Assembly: GCA_036172245.1 (NCBI GenBank)
Contig: JAYWIR010000022.1
Span: 1,922,001-1,986,000 of the forward strand
Source: Raillietiella orientalis
Taxonomy: Eukaryota
DNA length: 64,000 nt
Direction: 5' to 3'
A program made the position numbers and the translations under genes. Under the pieces are notes generated by a model. It was not told the DNA's origin, did not search any database, and saw only the letters and a list, made by a program, of their open reading frames with translations. Positions 37,301-49,499 of this stretch are shown piece after piece (position 1 is the first letter of the stretch; each line of letters starts with the position of its first letter).

Positions 37301-40300
37301 CTGGATACCGAAAGGACAGGAAAGGTAGCTGGAGACAAAGCGCACACTGTGTTTCGATACCTGCTAAAAGATAAAGAAATCTGACCAGATTTGACCATCA
37401 CCAACGCTCCTGTCCTCAGAAGGCAACTACAGAACCGAAGAAAGTTCCGTGCCACACCAGAACGCCAGAACAAGGCGTTGGTCCATCTCGACAGGAGACC
37501 CATAGCTTCTCTGTCGCCTACGCCGGGGTTTGAGAGCAGACCACAAGCGTGGCCTTGGTTCGCCTCAGAAAAGCTTGAAGCCAGGAATTTGGTGAATGGT
37601 AAGAATAGGTAGCTTTCGGAATACCAGCAAGCAGGACAGAAGGGATGTATCCGGATGGGAGCAGGCGTGCAGTCGGCGGAGCGATCGCAAAAACTGCTGG
37701 CGGTGCTTTCGATCGCTCTTGGACCTTCATGCGGCAGAGAAATCGAAGCAGATGCGAGGGAACCAACAGTTCCGGCTCGCTGCCCGCGAGATGTGAGAAG
37801 AAGAACGATTTCCGAGAAAAAACAAAAAAAAACAATGGTTCGACGGAGATTTCTCCGGAAAGAAGAGCAGAATGCGTTGCAGGCGTTTCTTGGTTGCTTC
37901 GTATCTGCCCGCTATGGTTCCTTCCGCTCGTGCGCACGACCAATGAACTAAGAGAGAGAGAGATGCCTGCAAACGGGCAATGAACATGCTTATTGCTGTC
38001 CAGTGGGCGTTTGGAAGAGAAAGAAGAAGAAAAAGAAGAAGAAAGCGTGAAATGCCTATAAACTGAAGTGACGTCATCCTCTTCTTCCTTGTACCCGATG
38101 CATCGGCTGTGAAGTGCATGAGAGGGTGAGACAATGAGTAAAGGAGAATGGGCAAGAGACCAGAGTACCGATTGATCAAAGTGCGGCTCCGGTTCATGGA
38201 TTCAGTGATTTTCCGCATCCAGCTGGCTTTTCCGTGCTTTCCTTTCGTAGCGCATTCGGAGGGTCGATCGAAAGCATCGGTTTGAAAATTCGTGATCTGC
38301 GAATTTGCAATTTCAGCTTACTTTGTAAATAGAGAGCAAAACCTCGTAATGGTGCACATCTAATGAAACACTTGGATTAATGAAATGCTCGAAACGATTC
38401 GGCTATCTGTATCCGTATCTGCACTCCATCAATCACTCCTCCGGAGGCAAAACAGAAAGGGGAAGAGAAACGATTGTGCGAGGCTTCATACCTATCGGGT
38501 TCATTCTTCGATGATTCTTCTTTATGAAATGTGCTGTCCTTGAACGCCACTATCATCACGAATAATATATTGCAGCAATCATTCTTTATTCACGTCACCA
38601 TTCAAGAAATTGCAGCTGATATGCGCCCCAGTGTTTTGACATGGGCGCGTATCAGTTAAATTTCCATTAAAACAAGAAATGCTGTTACCAGAAAATGGCT
38701 GCTGAGTTTTCACTTTGACCAACATGAGCCCTTCTCTGCATGTAGCGGTCACGGTAGGGTTAAACTCGTCTTCAACTGTTTGGGACAGCATCTAGGAACA
38801 ACACATTAAGTCTTCTTTTAGACCATGGAAAAATGACGCTTGACAGCATGAATTGTGATTTCTTGATCGAATGACACGCTCTTCGCTCTTTCCTAAGAGA
38901 AGACATGAAAGGCGAAACCGCAGGAAAGTCAGATCTGAAGCAGCAGATGTGAAGTCCACGATCCGGGAAAGAGAAGCTGCTCCAAGAAAACGCGTATGAG
39001 GAAACCAAATGACTTGCTCGAAACGAAACTCATTGGACCACCTGGTTTACCCGTATGGTGCAGGCGATAACCTTGCAAGGTGCCGCGCCCTCATTTGAAA
39101 GGGTGGCCAGGAGCCTCCACTTCGGGGTATTCGGCGATTGCAGGAAAAAGAAAAGCCCAGTGCCCATCGCCACTGGGATTAAAAAAAAAAAAAAAAATGA
39201 AACAATTTGCACTGGAGCAATTGCAACGGCACATGACAGCGGCGAAAGTGCAAGCGAAAAGAGGGCCAAGCCGAAACCCCGGAGGGCAAATGCTATATCG
39301 GCGCTGATGCCATACGTGCTGCATTGCGGAAGCATGCCTCACGACTTCTTTCTTTCCTGTGAGTTTCTGCGGAAACTTGGAGGACGGAAAGGGAAGGATG
39401 AGTCAAAGATCGCCACTTCCGAAAGGATGCTGATCCTCGCTCGGCTTCAGTTCTGCGCGGGCAAAGTCCTCTCAGGCCGCGTGAATTCGAAGCTGGAACA
39501 GCGAGCCGAAATACGCAAGAGCGAACTGCGTCAGTTTTTTCGAGGCGTGGGGACACTAATAAAAGGTTCTTCAAAGCGGAAAAAAACGCGCGGCATTTTC
39601 TCGAGCCTGGACGCCAGGTGGCACGTGTGATGGAGTACTCGAGGCTTTGCTGCAATTTAGAGGTGCAAGAGCGCATGACAGTTTTGAGCGATGCTTTCTG
39701 TTTCGCAACAGCAGCTGCGATGTCGACTGCGTCGGAAAACCTCCGAAGCGTGTCTTGGCTTAGCGCGCTAAAGAAGCTCTCGCATGTCTAGCTGGAAGGA
39801 AACGCATGGCTTCCACGAGACCAACGGCTCCCTTATAGCAACGGAGCGGAAGCGACCGTTACGAAGCACACGCAGTGTCTTGGTCTCGAAAACACGTCCC
39901 CAGAAACTCGGCCTTTCACATGGCCGCAGAGTGCTCGCTCACCCCTGGAGCGCCACCTAACGATTCCGGCACAAGCGAGCCAGGAAGGTTTCCTCCTTCC
40001 AGCATCCAGGAAGGCGCATCTTTCCGCAGAAATGCAAGCTGCGCGGATCAGATTTCGCAACCCGAAATGCAAATTCTTCAGAACATGAAGTTGCGCAACC
40101 AGTCAGCCCACTTCGAGCACGATGCTGAATATCAACACTTGGGGAGAAATGGCAGCCCACCGAGGGAACAATAGGTGCAGTTCAAGGGCGGTTTGCTACC
40201 CGAGCCCCCGTAGCTGCTTTGTCCCCTCTTGCACACCTCTGAACCCCGAACCGAGAAGCGTGGTTGCCTTCCAGCCGTGGTGTGCCTGCGGTGATCTCGC

Positions 40301-43300
40301 TGAAACGTGTGACAGGAGCTGCTCGGCCCAGTTGCGATGCGGAAAGAGTGGACGGACGCACCGGGAGTTTCCTGTGCCTCGCCATCTCTCACGAGAATCC
40401 CAGCTTCGAACCGATGATCAGAAGAACCAGCTCCTCTCCTGAGAGAGGCGAAATCGGAAGGACCAACATTCGACCCAGATGCGTGAAAGTTTTTCCGTGG
40501 ACGCGCGGCGCGATAAATAAGATGCCTTCTGGTGGATTTCCCACTTTCCATGCAGATTCCGATGGTGAGCGCGTGCCCACTTTCTGCCTGAGGCACACCT
40601 GCCTGCCCGTGAATGTCAATGTGGCTGGTAGGCAGGAGATGGAGTTTCCTTCGAGAGGCGTAGGAGGAGGAGGAGAAGGAAGTTCTTCCCCGAGGGAAAC
40701 TTTCCCTCGGAGAAAACTTCCGGGATTTCGTTTTCCGCAAGCGTGACGCTCCCATCCGAGGAATGAACGGAACGGTCTTGTTGGCGTACGGCGTCAAGAG
40801 AGCAGTCTTCTGAAGGCTCTTCGTTTGGTTGCCAGGGGAACTTTTCTCTGGTCGGGCAAGGGAGCAACCCTTCGAAGTGGCGCTCAGCAGCAGCAGTGTA
40901 GAATCAAAAGCCGAAAAGCTCGAAGTTCCTCACCCAGTTGTTGAACGAGGTTCTCCTCGATCTATGACAGATAGATATCGCCATGGCCGAAAGGAAAGTT
41001 GACCTGAACATTACCATTCTCGTTTAGAAATCCCGAAAATCGTCTCTTGCGATTTCAAAACAGCGATTGTTTGTCTCTTTCTGTGTTTCGAAAGCTGCGA
41101 GCAGATCTGGATCCTGTGTTCGCTCTCTAAATGAAGGACAGCGGGGATTGATTAGCTACTGAGAATGGAAGAAAAAGTATGCCAACAGAAGAGCTCATCT
41201 GGAGAGCGAAAGGAAGCTGCAGGTCGAAGTGACCACGGACTGAATAAGCAAAACACCTACTGATACGGAAAGCGGAAGAAGCGAAGAAGGTCTCGGAAAA
41301 GAAAGATACAATCTAAGATTTAAACTTTCCAAGGTTACTGAACTCCGAGTGCTGAAGACAAAGAACTGAAAACGAACCTACGACTGAGGAGTGGACGTGC
41401 AGACCCGAATTTGGGGGTCCACGAGGCGATTATCGTTGGCGGGTTGAGAGTGCAAGGACTGTTGAGGAAACCGCTCTCGCCTCACGTGGTTGATACGAGA
41501 GAGACCAATAAGGACAAGCAACAGTCTCAGGCATCAAGAATGCCTCCAGCATTAACTGATTAATCGATAAGTAAATCATGCAGCTTCTTTGTGTGCCGAA
41601 TTTGAGGCAGTTTCCTGATGAGAGCCCTCCCCTTTCGAAAATCCCCGTGGATGCTGGGCTTAACGAACCCAAAAAAAGAATCCGTTTATCACGACTGACC
41701 CTAATTCTTTTTCTTCATCATCTCAGAAACTGCTATCTCTTCCCGATAGCTCTACGCCAGCTGGAGCTCCACACGAAGTCAAACAAACTGCCGTGACTGA
41801 TTACCGAAGACACCGTTTCCGTAATATAACCACCCGCCCAGGGTACACCTTTCTGTATTATATGTAAATAATCATCGCCTAAGAAACGTTTCGTGTTTAA
41901 GGAGGGTCGATAAATAAGTGTATGTCACGCAAGCGCGTTACGAAAGAGCGAATGCCTCAAAACGGAATTACATGGTTGCTCGGGAGAAGGAAAGAACAGG
42001 CTCTGCCTGTTACCTGGTCAAATGACTTGCAGCAGGCCATTTCGTATGCACGGTCTCTGCCATGCAAAGTCCACAAAGCAACGCGTTCGCTCCTTGGGTA
42101 CAAGCCAAAAGTTCCCATTCATTAAGACCCAGAGTTTCGCGAACGAACGCGGGGATTATGCAAGAAGAAATGAAATTGAGCTCCAACAGGAGGTTCCTCC
42201 AATCCAAAATTGAACGCCGAAGAAAGTAAAAGATCGCAGCGATGAGTTTTTGAGCATTCTGCGGTCATAAATGAGGTTCCACAGGTTCCACGGTTCCACA
42301 GCAGGATTGCGTTGTGTAACAAAGTGATCCACTGACCACACCATAAGCACACAAATAATCTCTCCGATCCGTACAAGAGGAGAAACACATGAGAATCGGC
42401 GGACATCGTGACCAATTGCTTCTTTTAGGTTTTGCAAATGAAATCGATATTCCGGTCCAGAGAAAATGAATGACGAGCCGCTGTCGGTTTTTGCGGATGG
42501 CCGCGAATCAATTAGCGATTTTGGTGGTGGTGCACAATATTGAAATTTTCGCCCGTGTTTGTTGTTAATATGTGTTGGGCGTTTCTGCTTCGGTGAACAG
42601 AAAATGATTTGACCTTGGCATTGCTGACATATCTTCGGTTATTAATCCAAAAATACAATGCAGGCACAATTCTGGAGGGGAGGGGGGAAAAAAAAAAGGA
42701 ACTCCCTTCTCGTAAGTCCTTTCTTTCTTTCTTCTTCTTCTTTTTTCCAGACATCCCGCGGAAAAGAAAAATGAGCAGCCATTGTTCTTGGGTCAAAGAG
42801 AGTTGGTTTCACGGCATGTGCCATTTTCTCTGGCTTGTCTGGATCTTTCCAGCATATCCTTCAATGCCACATCCTGTCCGATCTCACAAAACACTTCACC
42901 TTGGCTATCCTTTTGGAATACATGACGCGAAGAACAGGAAGTTTGCTTTTGAACCTGCTAAGGTGTGGTAGACCAGCATCGCTTTGTTATTAATGGTTTC
43001 ACCCCCCTCTTCCTCCTTAAAAATGTGGTGACTGTGTAACTATACATCACGACCACCTGATTGCATAATCAGCCCATGATGTATTACCCGTATTTGTCGA
43101 GCCTTTAGGGATAGAATGTTTGTTTGAGTGTCTGAAGCTCAGTGAAAGTTCTCGCCGCCCACGTTCAAGGTTAAGTGTGGGCAAACATCTCTCCTTGCAG
43201 CATTTGGTCAAAGGGAACACGTTGCAAAATAGGCGTCACACGCCTAAGATATGTGCTGTCAAGTCGCCCAGAATGTCGGTACTTCACATGGCAGCAACAG

Positions 43301-46300
43301 CGTGTTCGGAAGCGCAATCAAAACCAAGGTCTCTCTCCTTCGCTCGTGTCTGCCACAAGAGTCGACGCGGAGCACACTCGGGCGGACACGGGAACAAGCC
43401 TAACTACAAGCCCCCCCACTCCTATTCGGATGATAGATCTGCTGCGGATTCTCGTCTGAAGCCCTCTCAGCTCCTCCATCCGTTCTTGCCGAAGGAGACG
43501 GGCTCACGGAAGCTTCGGTGCCGGGAAGGAAGGTGAATTGAAAGAACCCTTCATCGAACGGCATGCGGAAAATTCCGTCGGACGATTTGTCTGCCGCGAG
43601 CGTACCGAAGCTCAGTTTCCCCAGAAGCCTTTGCACACCGGACACAGAGCGCACACTGAGTGATATTTGATTGCTCTCCTACGTCATCAAGAGGAACTGT
43701 CGTTAGATGAAGTCAGGATGCATTCGGTTCGTTCTTGATGTTTGCGAGCACGGATTCTTAAGCAGGAAAGCACTCCGGCCATTACCTAATCAATCAGTAT
43801 CTCGAAATTATCTTCAGGCCCGGATCGATTTTTGTGCGTGTGTCCTCCCTCGATAAGTCGGTGGTGAGACTGAGTTCTTCGACACGTGCCCCTTTGAGTT
43901 TTCCACGGTCTCAATGCAAATCTCACAAGGAGCACCTGTGCCGCTCTCAGATCTTATTAGATATGCAAATGAACTTCGGATTAGCATGATCGAGATGTAT
44001 CAAACTGGTCCAAACTCTCGAACGCGTTGATCTCCAATCCAGCCGTCCATTTCCTTGAATTCCTTGCAGCTCCTATTTGGCGAGAGGGCGGAATTTCGAT
44101 ACGCAGCCTCAATCTTCCAGCAGGATCTTCGGGTAGTGGAATGAGAACAAGAAGAGAACAAAAAGCAGAACTTTCAGTTCTTCTTTTTTTTTGGGGGGGG
44201 TGGGGTGGGGAAGGGGGGGTGTTTGTTTGTTTATTTGTTTCTTTCCTTCTTGTTGCTGTTTCCTTTCTTCCGTGCGAAACGGAAATGTTTGTTCCTCTCC
44301 GCTCCCCCCCCCCCCAAGAGTTTTGCTTTTCCATCTATCGGAATCGCGTTGATTGTTCGTAGAAAATTCTACTGCAAAAGCCATCTATTCGTCCGCCAGT
44401 ACGGTCGTCGAGCACGTTGGTATTTCCCCATTAATTTCGGCAACTGCTCGACCCATGCCCAGGCTCGAATTCACACCGCACGGTTGACATGTTGAGAAAA
44501 ATCGTGCACAGCACAACGAGAAAGAGAACCATAAGAAACGCTTAAGCATACACCTGTGGATCCTTTTCTATTCGAGGAATTGAGAACACGGCATCGCGTG
44601 CTCGACTGCAATCGCACTTTGAAAATCTGAATGACCAGGGAGTGATTCGGACCACCTCGTCGCCATGACTGCCTCGATGAGTACTGTTAAGTGTTCCCCA
44701 TGTTATTCATTACGCGCATCTTTTACAGAGCATGTGGTCGTAGAGAGGACACCCGCATGCTTGCCAGTAGCTATAAAAGAAAAACGAGATTCTCTTCCAA
44801 GCTTCTCCCCCCCCCCCCCTTTCTCTCGGACTGCACAGGGGAGAAAATAAATGCCATATAAATTAGAATATTAAAGAAAAGAAAACGATTCGGGGCTTCT
44901 ACAAGGAAGCCATTTGCTTCGCGTAGGAAGAAGCTAAGTGCGCAGAGGCGTCTCTTGGAAGTCCGCAAGAATTTCCGGTCCCTGGTCCCAAAGTGGCTGT
45001 GACTGTGAGAGGTGAGTAACGGCATGCTCGGAAGGAATCGCGGCGAGATCACTTGCTGCAAACGATGCTTTTCGATTTGGATGACAGGATGAAATACGAG
45101 GTCGCAGCGAGAGCTCGGACAGGAGAAGAGGCAAAAAAAAAAAAAAAAAATACGCCAGCAGGACACTTCTTTCGCTTGACACTCCGTTCCTTGAAAGACG
45201 GGAGGTGGGGGGAGGGAGATGAAGGGAATTCGCTGCCGTGCGCGAGAGTGCACATGGACGTGCGTGTGTGCGTGTCTCCCTGCCTACGCGACACTCGCAC
45301 GCACCCAGCGCTGCTTCGAAGGCACGGGAGCTGCTCGCGCGCACAGCCTCAGCAACAAACACACGCACGCGTGGTCTTGAATAATTCTCCGCACGAGTCC
45401 GGGCTTGGTGGAACAACGAGGACCGAGATAAGAGGACGGCTGGACGTCCCACGTGCAGATTACGGTCAATCAAGCAATGTGATACGGAGCGAACCCGCGT
45501 AATTTGCTAGGAGCTCTGGACGACCCAGCTCGCGACGTGCCCAAACGGTGCTGCTGCTTCTCATGAGGCAGGAATGGGTTTCCCACGAGCTCCGGTCCAA
45601 TAATTTACGAAGCATCTGGGAAGCAGTCGCGCGGCCATCCGGTCGCCCTGGAATTCTTCCGCTGCTGCTCTGCTGGTTCCTTCCGATCCCACGCTTTTCC
45701 TTCTTTCCGCGAGCAGAACGAGTCACCAGACCGAAAACCGTCGCGCGCCTCCTTGCGTTCCAGCGGGCACGCGACTCGGGAAGGAGAAACTCGCAAGGGC
45801 TCCCCCCTACCTTCCCCTCCCTCATTCACCCCACCCGCCCACCGACCCCCAAAAGGACCTCGGACGTCGTGCGAAGCGGCAGGAAATGATTCTCTCGAAA
45901 GTTCGTGGTCGAGTGGCGAAACCCGAAGACGCGCGAAAGGCGAGAGGCAGAGAGCATCTGCCACCCGGGTCTGCACCCTCGGGACCGCAACCGTTTGAAT
46001 CCGAGTGTCCGCCTCTAACTGGTCAGGCGTGGCGGACACACGAGCGCGCCGGCGAGCAGGAAAGGTGCAAAGGGGCTTTTTTTTTCTTAAGCAGACGTGC
46101 GAATGGACCCTAGCTATCTTCCCATGCCACAAACGCAGGTCTCTTACGGAAGCACCTCGAAAGTGGGGCGGAAGGGCCCTTCGTTTCTTCCTTCCCAAGG
46201 AAAGAGTGAGCACTCACAACTGCGAAAGCTCCGAAACCGGGATGTCTGCAGCGGGTCCATCGGGGACTCCGGAGGAGAGGTGTCATCATCTGCCCTTCGC

Positions 46301-47565
46301 CCTCCCCCACAGCACCCCTCTCGGGAAGGCCGAGACGGGATGGTCAGACGCGTCTGAAGCCGACGAACGAACGCCCTGCGAAGAGCAAAGTGGAAGACCG
46401 CAGACGCGGCGGGGGCTTGGCTCGCCGCGAGCAGTCCCACGAAGAGCGCTCCACCGAGCAAGAGCCGGTGCTGGCCGCGGAGGTCGGAGGCTGCCTTGGC
46501 CCGCAGGGAGTGAACCGCATCCGGAACGCGATCCGCCTTGCACCGGGACGCAGCCTCTTTCGTGGACCAGCACGGCGTTCCGACGCGGAGAACGGGACGC
46601 GGACTGCCTTGGTTGCCGTCGCTCCTTCCTGGATCCTGACTTTCAGGACTGCTTTCCGGGTTCTCCCCGGGTCCGGTGGATGGTCGACGAGCCCGTCGCC
46701 GCCTCCACTCCCTTCTTACCAGGGCATTCTCCTACTTTCCCGGGAGCTCGGGTTCGCCCCCGGACCTTCCTGTGAGAGAGGCGCTGCTCTCCCGAAACGA
46801 AAAAGCCACCGGGCGAAGTCTCCCGCGAGGTCGCCCGGCGCGGCAAACGCGCGAAAAGCGGAGCAAAAGTGCGAACGGGGGTGACAGGCGGAATGAGCGT
46901 ACGACGACGCGGGAATGGAGGCCGGCTGGGATCCCGCAAAGGTGGCAAAGTGCGCACCTCCTCGTTGGAGCGTGGGAAGACCGAGCGTCGAGAGGAAGGG
47001 GGGAGGAAGAGGAGGAGCGAGGGGGAGAGAACGGAAAAAAAATCCCCGGGATGCAGGTGGGCAGTGTGCACGGATCGCCGCCGTCGCACGACAGCATCGC
47101 CGCGGAAGGGAGGGTAGAAAGAGATCATCAAGGTGATCTCTCTAGGAACCAACGACGACGGCAGAGACGTGCTCGCGAGGCGTTTCCGAGGAAAACAATA
47201 AGCGGATCGTGGACAAGCGGAGTTGTCGTTTGTTCGAGGGCAAACAAACGAACGGAGGGGGAAAAAGGAAAAAGGAAAACCCAAGCAGGAACATCCAAAC
47301 AGGGGAGGGAAACGCGCGCGTCACTCCCAAGCGGATTCCGAAGCACCCTGAAGAGTATTCGCACCTCCCCCATTCCCGTCTCCCTTTCCTGCTGGACTTC
47401 CACAGCCCCGGATGAGGGAATTTTCCTCCCGCCCCCTTCTCTCCCTCCCTGTTCGCTCCCGTGTGTGTATCGCCGCGCTCGTCGGCAACCCTTCCAGCTC
47501 ACCTGTTGGATCAGGAGCAGCAGCACCGCGAGCAGGTTCTCGGAGTATCTCAGTTTCCCATTCAT
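16174..47565 (-). CDS. ZP-domain (cuticlin/zona pellucida) type I transmembrane protein, 10 coding exons, ~444 aa; CG12814-like arthropod apical extracellular-matrix protein
   Basis: Exons 47565-47503, 38791-38689, 36125-35989, 31822-31710, 26969-26860, 20611-20533, 20149-20004, 16917-16774, 16696-16471 and 16387-16174 join in frame through GT-AG introns with consistent phases (1335 nt including stop). The product has a signal peptide, ZP-N cysteines (TATCREG, PPCEA, NYCGV, VISCGK), ZP-C motifs (YGIRVRSCFSF, LLDQNGCP, MFRFPDSNKVHFQCEIVICKGGC), a TM helix and a tail. Family assignment is from motif recall, not a database search. Confidence 0.92.
16471..16696 (-). CDS. ZP gene exon 9 (TM helix WMLYLCIALGILFLIMMLINIFL + CSAMTCSC + DPSVIDEYDPY)
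   Basis: ccccag acceptor, GTGGGT donor; clear transmembrane segment. Confidence 0.93.
16774..16917 (-). CDS. ZP gene exon 8 (GGCLDPECSAAS...MLMAATTVFVLEPGEDI)
   Basis: ttgcag acceptor, GTGAGC donor; final ZP cysteines and an external-hydrophobic-patch-like segment. Confidence 0.9.
20004..20149 (-). CDS. ZP gene exon 7 (CPTLDENIIISPFLYNESTGTADAILYRMFRFPDSNKVHFQCEIVICK)
   Basis: cccgtag acceptor, GTAAGA donor; hallmark ZP-C FxF...FQC..IC motif. Confidence 0.93.
20533..20611 (-). CDS. ZP gene exon 6 (KLYGIRVRSCFSFSGKNESVQLLDQNG)
   Basis: ctttccag acceptor, GTGAGC donor; ZP-C 'CFxF...L.DxxGC' motif; this reading frame is absent from the ORF track. Confidence 0.92.
21600..22750 (-). mobile_element. 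DIRS RNase H/MT-like relic in ZP intron 5
   Basis: RHGNY..AMRNEGKGGG (SDN..AYINKQGG-like), SVTWGGAP, PEAFSMPF..LPQVL (DAF..W..FPP..VL-like). Confidence 0.4.
23380..23960 (+). mobile_element. DIRS reverse transcriptase relic in ZP intron 5
   Basis: ARKKPLGFHHSLRGLS, MPLATSSKRKTPNLKVG and HFAAQPVSAPEV correspond in order to DIRS RT motifs. Confidence 0.5.
25640..26690 (+). mobile_element. DIRS MT-like/YR relic in ZP intron 5
   Basis: PKSDHFRFRLS (VDLFA-like), RFCREGGGFSLPPRRPSALDF..ALPPGF (YR N-terminal-like). Confidence 0.4.
26860..26969 (-). CDS. ZP gene exon 5 (DEDISLVSLEVLRDGVKTNEVIYGKKYVLRVEVSKPN)
   Basis: AAG acceptor, GTAAGT donor; phase 2 in, phase 1 out, fitting both neighbours. Confidence 0.9.
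27500..30500. mobile_element. Cluster of DIRS relics in ZP intron 4: RT (-) ~27800-28200, RT (+) ~29030-29950, YR C-terminus (-) ~30036-30450
   Basis: SLEKGRVD/EEGRGNCPPV (-); SSVDLRIG, CVPTESRYGP (+); SRKSMATQVQAAH...DAASEGQVL (-; YR end resembling DAAFGRRVL). Confidence 0.45.
28398..28878. repeat. Imperfect inverted repeat, ~45-50 bp arms about 380 bp apart
   Basis: gcgaagaagcggcggaagatggaaggggagcgttggccg (28398-28436) is mirrored by the reverse complement at ~28840-28878. Confidence 0.85.
31710..31822 (-). CDS. ZP gene exon 4 (KTEEHFLPVAVRVHKTLELANDKYYVISCGKSRFRTP)
   Basis: ttccag acceptor, GTAAGT donor; ZP-N C4. Confidence 0.92.
32150..33080 (+). mobile_element. DIRS tyrosine recombinase relic in ZP intron 3
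   Basis: RILEGVRG, KTPPAAAVREQH.PRFRE (KT..LLA..SA.RVSE-like), WPCGRP, GVKPEA...RWTSSVFPAF...GKRVLRA. Confidence 0.6.
32193..32400 (+). repeat. ~208-bp direct repeat, copy 1
   Basis: Near-identical (about 90% by eye) to 33885-34091. Confidence 0.95.
33885..34091 (+). repeat. ~207-bp direct repeat, copy 2
   Basis: Matches 32193-32400 (ctcgagggcgtacggggg...ccactgccaccggcggtcgg). Confidence 0.95.
34150..35750 (+). mobile_element. DIRS RNaseH-MT-YR relic in ZP intron 3
   Basis: DRDVGWS..IVDASWS (TDAS..GWG..QG.WS-like), FLSTWVGF, GTAFLFFVTL (KTAFLLA-like). Confidence 0.5.
35989..36125 (-). CDS. ZP gene exon 3 (GIIHARDHRRPPCEAFGDG...PNYCGVQFNN)
   Basis: tctttcag acceptor, GTGAGT donor; ZP-N C2 and C3 motifs. 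Confidence 0.92.
36850..37620 (-). mobile_element. BEL/Pao integrase fragment relic in ZP intron 2
   Basis: ALFWRSGV (PF..TGVD-like), FSRYRNTVCAL..VSRLS (FTC..TRAVH..LS-like), GRWNFSTMPKCA*W (W.F.PP.APW-like). Confidence 0.4.
38689..38791 (-). CDS. ZP gene exon 2 (MLSQTVEDEFNPTVTATCREGLMLVKVKTQQPFS)
   Basis: ttcctag acceptor, G|GTAAC donor; first ZP-N cysteine motif. Confidence 0.9.
39700..43650 (-). mobile_element. DIRS relics (RNase H ~43100-43600; YR ~39700-40700) in ZP intron 1
   Basis: FGKNGWRS, GDLTAHILGV (RNase H-like); TRFSEITA, ERCAFL...GIVRW (YR-like). Confidence 0.4.
45900..47400 (+). mobile_element. DIRS RT-RNase H relic in ZP intron 1
   Basis: RFFLPKERV, RVRWM, KGGKVRTSSL, IPGMQV correspond in order to DIRS pol motifs. 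Confidence 0.4.
47503..47565 (-). CDS. ZP gene exon 1 (signal peptide MNGKLRYSENLLAVLLLLIQQ)
   Basis: ATG at 47565, hydrophobic core, CAG|GTGAGC donor; phase 0 joins MLSQTVEDEF of the next exon. Confidence 0.75.
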
Positions 47566-47995
47566 TGTCGGACCTGCAGTGTTTACATATCGTTTGGGCG
47601 GGGAGGAGGAGGAGGAGGGTGGGAGGGAAGAAGACTCTTGCGATCACTCCTCGGACTTCTCAAGAGGACGCCACGCACGTCGCGAACGAGCCGAATCCAA
47701 GGATCCCCTTTTCTGGAAACATCACTACGTGTGTTCACTGCCGGCGCCAGGAGAGAAAGTCGGGAGCATAGCGCGCGCCCGCTGCGAGCCGGAATTCCTC
47801 TGGTGAGCAGGCAGCCACTCTCGCTCGGTTCCGCCTGGCTTTCGAAGCGACACTGCCGTGCCTGTCGGAACGGCGGTGACGGCAGCCTGATGGGGGGAAG
47901 AGAAATGACGTAATGGGTGGTGACCATCGATCCGCGTTCGTTACGTCACTTCTGGGATGCTACCGTTCACTTTTTCCCTCCCTCACTCCCTCCCC

Positions 47996-47998
47996 CTC

Positions 47999-48034
<36 letters not shown>
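47996..48034. repeat. (CT/GA)n microsatellite ~430 bp upstream of the ZP ATG
   Basis: Direct inspection. Confidence 0.9.
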
Positions 48035-49499
48035 CTTCTGCGCGGACCCCTTGGGTTTCAGAAGAATGATACTTTCGATGTTGCCCGAAAAATCACTGAG
48101 AGCGTCACTTCGCTGAGAGGAAAGCGCATTCCCTTTCTCGGAGGAAAGGCGGATCGAAGGAGAAAGTGATTCCGTTCGGTCTGCGTCCTGGAGCAAAGCG
48201 CGCGGCAAAGAGCGAGCTTCGAGTGCGCCCCCGCCCTCTCGTCAGCTGTTTCCCGTCCCCGGACAGGGACGATGGAAGAAATCCTTTCGGGTTCTTTTTC
48301 TGTCCTCGCTGTTTTCCTTTCAGCTTTTTCTTTGGTTCGCTGAGTACCTGAAGAACCGTCGCGCGCCTCGCGGCTCACGCAGACCTTTTACCCGAGCGTG
48401 CGTATAATTCTTCGAGATGGGGGATAACCCGGGAGGGAGTCACCCTACGAATCCAGGAAGGGCTCTGCAGAAGAAAAAGTCCCGTTCCTCTCACGCTTGG
48501 GAAGGGATCCCTGAAGGGAATCTTCTCCCTGGTTGTTTCCGAAGGGAACCCCCTATTCTCTTCCTTATTCTCTCCGGAGGGACCCCCTAAAGGGTCCGCT
48601 CCATTTTTTCTTCTTCAGAGGGAACCCCCTGTTCCCTCGCAAGGGAACCGCTCCTGTTTACTCTCCTGAAGAGAACCCCGGAGGGACGCCTCCGAATTTT
48701 CTCAGCTCTCTCCCCGAAGGGAGCAGTGCTCTTCCGTTTCCCACATCCTTCTCGGAGAAGGATGAGACCTGTGTATCCCTCCCGATGCCTCGCCGCGGGC
48801 ACGGTTTTTCCGTCGCACCGGGTCAGATCCCGCTCCAGAATCCGTTTGCATTTCATGAAAGCGGGGCTTTCCTCCCACGCTGTTTTCCTGCCCGGCCCGG
48901 AAGACTCACCTGCCGAAGACATCCGCGTTCCAGGAGCGCAGAGCGCGCGCCGTTCCGAGGCGCGCCCCACTGAAGAATTTCCCGAGCACCCCCTCAAGAA
49001 GGCAAACAAATTTTATGGCTGGCTCCCAGTGATTCTCGAAACAAACAAAAAAAAAAATCCGGTTCCTCTCTTGAGCTCATATTAATTTTTAGGGCCGCTG
49101 CTTTCGCTCAAGGGGCGTTTGGGGGCTTCTGGAAGGCTGTTAAACTAATCACCCGAGAAACAGCGCACCACGCGCCATTATCCACAAACTTATTGCGGGC
49201 ATGAAAGTCCCCTTTTTGAAACATTTGAAGGTCGAAACACCTTGCACGCGCGATTCTTGCCCGACGGACACGAAAGACGTCTTGGCCTTTCTATTTAAGG
49301 GCTGTTGGAACGGTTGTGCGGTTGCGAGGCCATCCTGCCACGGTGGTTTTTCGCAGAGGGATATCAACACCACCACGGCATGATTCATGGTGGGGGACCA
49401 CGAAGGCTCTCCTGCTCGGGAGCAGGAGCCATGCATGCCAATTAAGTGGACGCTTCTCCCCTGTCCTCAACAAAACCGGAAAGAGAATAGAGAACGTGC

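Noticed and set aside
46676..47806. 376-aa plus-strand ORF antisense to ZP exon 1
   Set aside because: Mostly shadows a DIRS relic and GC-rich leader; no recognisable domain
48500..48690. CRISPR-like array
   Set aside because: Eukaryotic context, short degenerate repeats, irregular spacing, no cas genes
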